A stretch of 64,000 nt of DNA from Ranitomeya imitator (Eukaryota): contig NC_091287.1 of assembly GCF_032444005.1 (NCBI RefSeq), positions 513,050,001 to 513,114,000 on the forward strand. Direction: 5' to 3'. The notes below the pieces were generated by a model that worked only from the letters and a program-made list of their open reading frames with translations, was not told where the DNA came from and did no database searches. Below are positions 58,946 to 64,000 of this stretch, piece after piece. Position 1 is the first letter of the stretch. Each line of letters opens with the position of its first letter. The position numbers and the translations under genes were made by a program.

Positions 58946-60521
58946 TCCTTCTCAAAAAATTAGCATATAGTGTTAAATTTCATTATTTACCATAATGTAA
59001 TGATTACAATTAAACTTTCATATATTATAGATTCATTATCCACCAACTGAAATTTGTCAGGTCTTTTATTGTTTTAATACTGATGATTTTGGCATACAAC
59101 TCCTGATAACCCAAAAAACCTGTCTCAATAAATTAGCATATCAAGAAAAGGTTCTCTAAACGACCTATTACCCTAATCTTCTGAATCAACTAATTAACTC
59201 TAAACACATGCAAAAGATACCTGAGGCTTTTATAAACTCCCTGCCTGGTTCATTACTCAAAACCCCCATCATGGGTAAGACTAGCGACCTGACAGATGTC
59301 AAGAAGGCCATCATTGACACCCTCAAGCAAGAGGGTAAGACCCAGAAAGAAATTTCTCAACAAATAGGCTGTTCCCAGAGTGCTGTATCAAGGCACCTCA
59401 ATGGTAAGTCTGTTGGAAGAAAACAATGTGGCAGAAAACGCTGTACAACGAGAAGAGGAGACCGGACCCTGAGGAAGATTGTGGAGAAGGACCGATTCCA
59501 GACCTTGGGGAACCTGAGGAAGCAGTGGACTGAGTCTGGTGTGGAAACATCCAGAGCCACCGTGCACAGGCGTGTGCAGGAAATGGGCTACAGGTGCCGC
59601 ATTCCCCAGGTAAAGCCACTTTTGAGCTACAGAGAAGCAGCACTGGACTGTTGCTAAGTGGTCCCAAGTACTTTTTTCTGATGAAAGCAAATTTTGCATG
59701 TCATTCGGAAATCAAGGTGCCAGAGTCTGGAGGAAGACTGGGGAGAAGGAAATGCCAAAATGCCTGAAGTCCAGTGTCAAGTACCCACAGTCAGTGATGG
59801 TGTGGGGTGCCATGTCAGCTGCTGGTGTTGGTCCACTGTGTTTCATCAAGGACAGGGTCAATGCAGCTAGCTATCAGGAGATTTTGGAGCACTTCATGCT
59901 TCCATCGGCTGAAATGCTTTATGGAGATGAAGATTTCATTTTTCAGCACGACCTGGCACCTGCTCACAGTGCCAAAACCACTGGTAAATGGTTTACTGAC
60001 CATGGTATTACTGTGCTCAATTGGCCTGCCAACTCTCCTGACCTGAACCCCATAGAGAATCTGTGGGATATTGTGAAGAGAAAGTTGAGAGACGCAAGAC
60101 CCAACACTCTGGATGAGCTTAAGGCCGCTATTGAAGCATCCTGGGCCTCCATAACATCTCAGCAGTGTCACAGGCTGATTGCCTCCATGCCACGCCGCAT
60201 TGAAGCAGTCATTTCTGCCAAAGGATTCCCGACCAAGTATTGAGTGCATAACTGAACATTATTATTTGTTGGTTTTTTTGTTTGTTATTAAAAAACACTT
60301 TTATTTGATTGGATGGGTGAAATATGCTAATTTATTGAGACAGGTTTTTTGGGTTATCAGGAGTTGTATGCCAAAATCATCAGTATTAAAACAATAAAAG
60401 ACCTGACAAATTTCAGTTTGTGGATAATGAATCTATAATATATGAAAGTTTAATTGTAATCATTACATTATGGTAAATAATGAAATTTAACACTATATGC
60501 TAATTTTTTGAGAAGGACCTG
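58946..60521 (+). mobile_element. Near full-length Tc1 transposon with a damaged left terminus
   Basis: TIRs of more than 200 bp (CCTTCTCAAAAAATTAGCATATAG). The right end reads AGAAGGACCTG|TA; the first few bases of the left TIR are missing or mutated. Confidence 0.9.
59271..60243 (+). pseudogene. Tc1 DD34E transposase broken by an internal deletion and frameshift near 59625
   Basis: MGKTSDLT...KPLL, then a frame change to [44 protein letters not shown] and GFPTKY*. Confidence 0.9.
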
Positions 60522-61379
60522 TATATCCTGGGGGAAGCGCCCCTCAAACCGGGTTCAGAGCTCCCCCTTCTGGTCTGGAATCAGAATGTGTTGCATGTAG
60601 GTGTACTACCTGTTAAAGAGATCTTCCTTGCTTCCAGGAATGACATCACTCTCCCTGAAAGGAATGCAACATCACTGTAACAACTGGTTACCTGGGATGT
60701 TACATAACTACTGCAGTCAGAGCTATCACACACAGGACTGTACACTGCTGGGGTTATAGCTCTTTGACTGCTCTTTGTCAGTATAGAACGGGACAGTGGC
60801 TTGAAGTGAACAAGGCATGACAAAAACATTCTTTTCAGAACGTTCCAGGCTTTTCAGTTCCGCGTCTTCATCTCAGTGTTTGTGTATCTAGAGTTGCATT
60901 GATCTGTGCATGACATAGATCCTTGTAAAGGACATTTGCTCAGTGTTTTGCTGCCCACATTTCACTTAATTTTATCAATACTACAGATGACTGATTCAGT
61001 CAAAATTGCTCGAATTCAGCCAGAAAAATCCATTTGCAGTGAATATATTCTTTGTGAGTTGAATTTCTGGTAAAAGCTGTTTATTATGCGTTGAGATGTG
61101 TACAGAACCCAGAGCACATAAAGCTGAGGGGTTCAAAAATGTAAAAGGTATACTCACGCTACCTCTCACATGTCTTGGGTACAATTCTCTGCCCATTCAT
61201 AATTTGGGTAACTCCCTACTTCTGGCTACAGTCTTTTCATCTGTCTTCAGCTTTTGGCACTTCCTGTGCTCACTACACAACACAGGACATTATGATGGCA
61301 TTGCTCTATGATTTAATGATGTCACTTAAAGGGTACCTATTTTTCAAAAACCTGACCGTCACATCCAAACACAGAGACA

Positions 61380-61562
61380 CGGCATCTCTCTTATACCAGG
61401 TCCTACACTTGCCTTTCCTCGCTGAGAATAAACGTCTCCATCTGAATGAGTACCTGTGAAACCTCTTCTTAGACTAAAATTCTCTCTCTCTGTGGAGGGG
61501 TATTGGACCTGCTGTAATTAAAACACCAGGCAAGTGTAGGACCTGGTATAAGAGAGATGCCG
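61380..61562. repeat. Perfect 35-bp inverted repeat around a 113-bp spacer
   Basis: CGGCATCTCTCTTATACCAGGTCCTACACTTGCCT (61380-61414) and its reverse complement (61528-61562). Confidence 0.85.
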
Positions 61563-63041
61563 TAAAGGGGCTACCAGGTACACATAAAATTGGCCATTTT
61601 TATGCGCTAAATGCTCTCATTTTTCATATTTCTAGTGCAGTAATGCAGTTCAATTTTCGTGTTCCATGTTTGCATGTTTTAGCGCTGCAGTGTGCTGCCT
61701 TATTTACTTGACTTAAAGGAAACCTGTCACATTATTTTTAGCAACTAAATGGTCCTCAGTGTGCTGTTAGTGATGTTGTTAGTGATGCAATGTGCATCAT
61801 TGTTTTCAATCAAGCAGTGACATAATCATATCCAAAAATAACTTTGTATAGTTATATAGTAGCTTCTTATTCAGTCATAGTAGTGGGCTTCATTTTCTGT
61901 CAGTCACAGGCTCATCATATTATCGATGCTCACGCTCTCTGATTGATGGTCTTGGGTAGGCCAATGTCACGGGAATCTGCTCTAAAATCCCTGGCTTAAG
62001 CAGTGTTGAGCGGTTCCTCATATTTACGCAGTGTTGAGTGGCTCCCCGATTATGCGCAGGGACGAGCATGGTCACAGACCTTGTGGCTTGCAGCATTTCT
62101 GATGCATGTGTACACACAGTTAATGAAGCTGGGTACGCACACCCAGATTCAGTCCGCTTGAATGGGGAGCTTCTCGTCATTGAGCAAGCACGGGAAGCCA
62201 CTCGCCACTGAACATGTGCAGGATTTTAGAGCAGATTCCTGTGATGTTGGCACACACCGGAACATCATTCAGAGTGGACGTCAACAATATGATGAGCCCA
62301 TGACTGAAAGAAAAAGAAACCCACCCCTTTGACTGAATGAGAAGGTACCATATAACTATTCAAAGTTATTTTTGGAGATGATTATAGCTCCATTTTGACT
62401 GAAAACAGTGGCAGAGAGGCAGTGGAGGACCAAGCAGGTTGCTTTGGCACATGGAAAGGTGAGGAATTAAATGAGTATATTTTGGCAGATCAGCTCACTA
62501 GGCTGCTCAAAGAGGCAGACACAGGAACACTGTCTCTTTAAATCTTCCACTGGTTTATTAAAAATTTTATATTAACCAGTGTAACATTAGCAAAAACAAA
62601 CTCGACCTTCCTGACCCAGTAAGATAACAAAACATAATGTATGGCACAGTCCTTGTTGCTATGGGAATATGCTCGCTTCAGGAACAACCAACAGAAGGTT
62701 CACTTTTCCTCAACATGAAAACTCAGCTCCAGAGCTTGCACCTCCAGGCTCAGCCCACACTGAACGCTCTAGAAGTCTGGGTATTTGTCCTCTGGACTCC
62801 TCCTATTCAACAGCTGTTAAATCAATCTAGCACTAAACATGGCTGATTAACCCCTTTCAGCACTTGGTATGCTGGAGTATTTATTAGGTTGCTATCACAG
62901 AAGCTAACACCCTTAGTGAAACATACCTCCTCTCCAGTGCTTTGCCAGTCACTTTGTCACAATATACATATTTTTAATTTAACCCCTTCCTTAGCTTAAA
63001 AATAAGCAAGGAAAAAAGGAGACGTGCTAGGAACTATTTAA

Positions 63042-64000
63042 CCCCTTTCTGGCCTCGGACGGGATAGTACGTCCAAGGTCAGATCCCCTGCTTTGATGGG
63101 GGCACCGGCGGTGAGCCCACATCAAAGCCGGGTCATGTCAGCTGTTTTGAATAGCTGACATGTGCCTGCAATAGCGGCGGGTGGAATCTTGATTCACCCG
63201 TCGCTATTATCTTGTCAAACGCTGACAGCGGCATTTATCTTCCACTTCCTGCCATCGGGATGGAAATGAGTGCATCGCTGACACCGTCACGTGATCGGGG
63301 GTCAGCGATGCGTCGACATGACAACCAAAGGTCTATTGAAGACCTTTATGGTTGTTGATCCCAGATTGCTGTGAGCGCCACCCTGTGGACGGCGCTCATA
63401 GCAATGCAGTAATTCTCCTACATAGGAGCGACCTATGCATCGCTCCTGTGTACCAGAGGCGATCAAGTTATGCCAGCTTCTAGCCTCCCATGGAGGCTAT
63501 TGAAGCATGGCAAAAGTTAAAAAAAAGGCTTTAAAAAATATGAAAAAAATAAAAAATATAAAAGTTTAAATCACCCACCTTTTGCCCCATTCAAAATAAA
63601 ACAATTAAAAAAATCAAACTTACACATATTTGGTATCACCACGTTCAGAATCGCCCGATCTATCAATAAAACAAAGGATTAACCAGATTGCTAAACGGCA
63701 TAGTGAGAAAAAATTTGAAACGCCAGAATTAAATTTTTTGAGTCACTGCAACATTGCAATAACGGGCAATCACAAGAATGTATCTGCGCCAAAATTGTAT
63801 CATTAAAAACGTCAGCTCAGCACACAAAAAATATGCCCTCACCCGACTTGAGTTCACCAAAAATGGAGACTCTATGGGTATCGGAAAATTGCACTTTGAC
63901 CTAGAGAATCATAATGGCAGTTTTAGCATTTAGTGAATCTATCAAAAAAGCCAAGCAAAAACAAGTGTGGGATTGCACTTTTTTGTTGCAATTTCACCGC
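63042..64000. mobile_element. Left part of a non-autonomous piggyBac-like element running off the window
   Basis: TTAA|CCCCTTTCTG terminus, then GGGATAGTACGTCC. The GC-rich subterminal region is organised like 3303-3600. Confidence 0.7.

Noticed and set aside
62848-63045. Three TTAACCCCTT piggyBac-like starts within 200 bp, and another at 23417
   Set aside because: Only the one at 63038 continues into a recognisable element; the others have no matching right end.

Overview
This is a eukaryotic, almost entirely transposon-derived window. Its repeat families (Kolobok/T2 MITEs, V-SINE, TTAA piggyBac-like elements, class I ERV) suggest an anuran amphibian, which is inference only. No host gene is confidently recognisable. 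The main elements are a young Ty3/Gypsy chromovirus of the Tf1/sushi type (9652-15356) with one RT frameshift, and a defective class I endogenous retrovirus (15620-23273). There are also two non-autonomous Helitrons, one Tc1 with an intact DD34E transposase ORF and several broken Tc1 copies. The remainder is many hAT, Harbinger and T2 MITEs, CR1, RTE/BovB-like and SINE fragments, Chapaev3-like and hAT transposase relics, minisatellites and a 280-N gap. The most interesting signals are three hammerhead ribozyme motifs. Two different ones flank a 284-nt octamer-containing unit at 52.5-52.8 kb, resembling a retrozyme or newt satellite 2. The third sits at the exact centre of a 1.4-kb Penelope-like palindrome. 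The Gypsy element also shows a tRNA-independent self-priming signature and apparent 6-bp target duplications. All coordinates and mismatch counts were read by eye.
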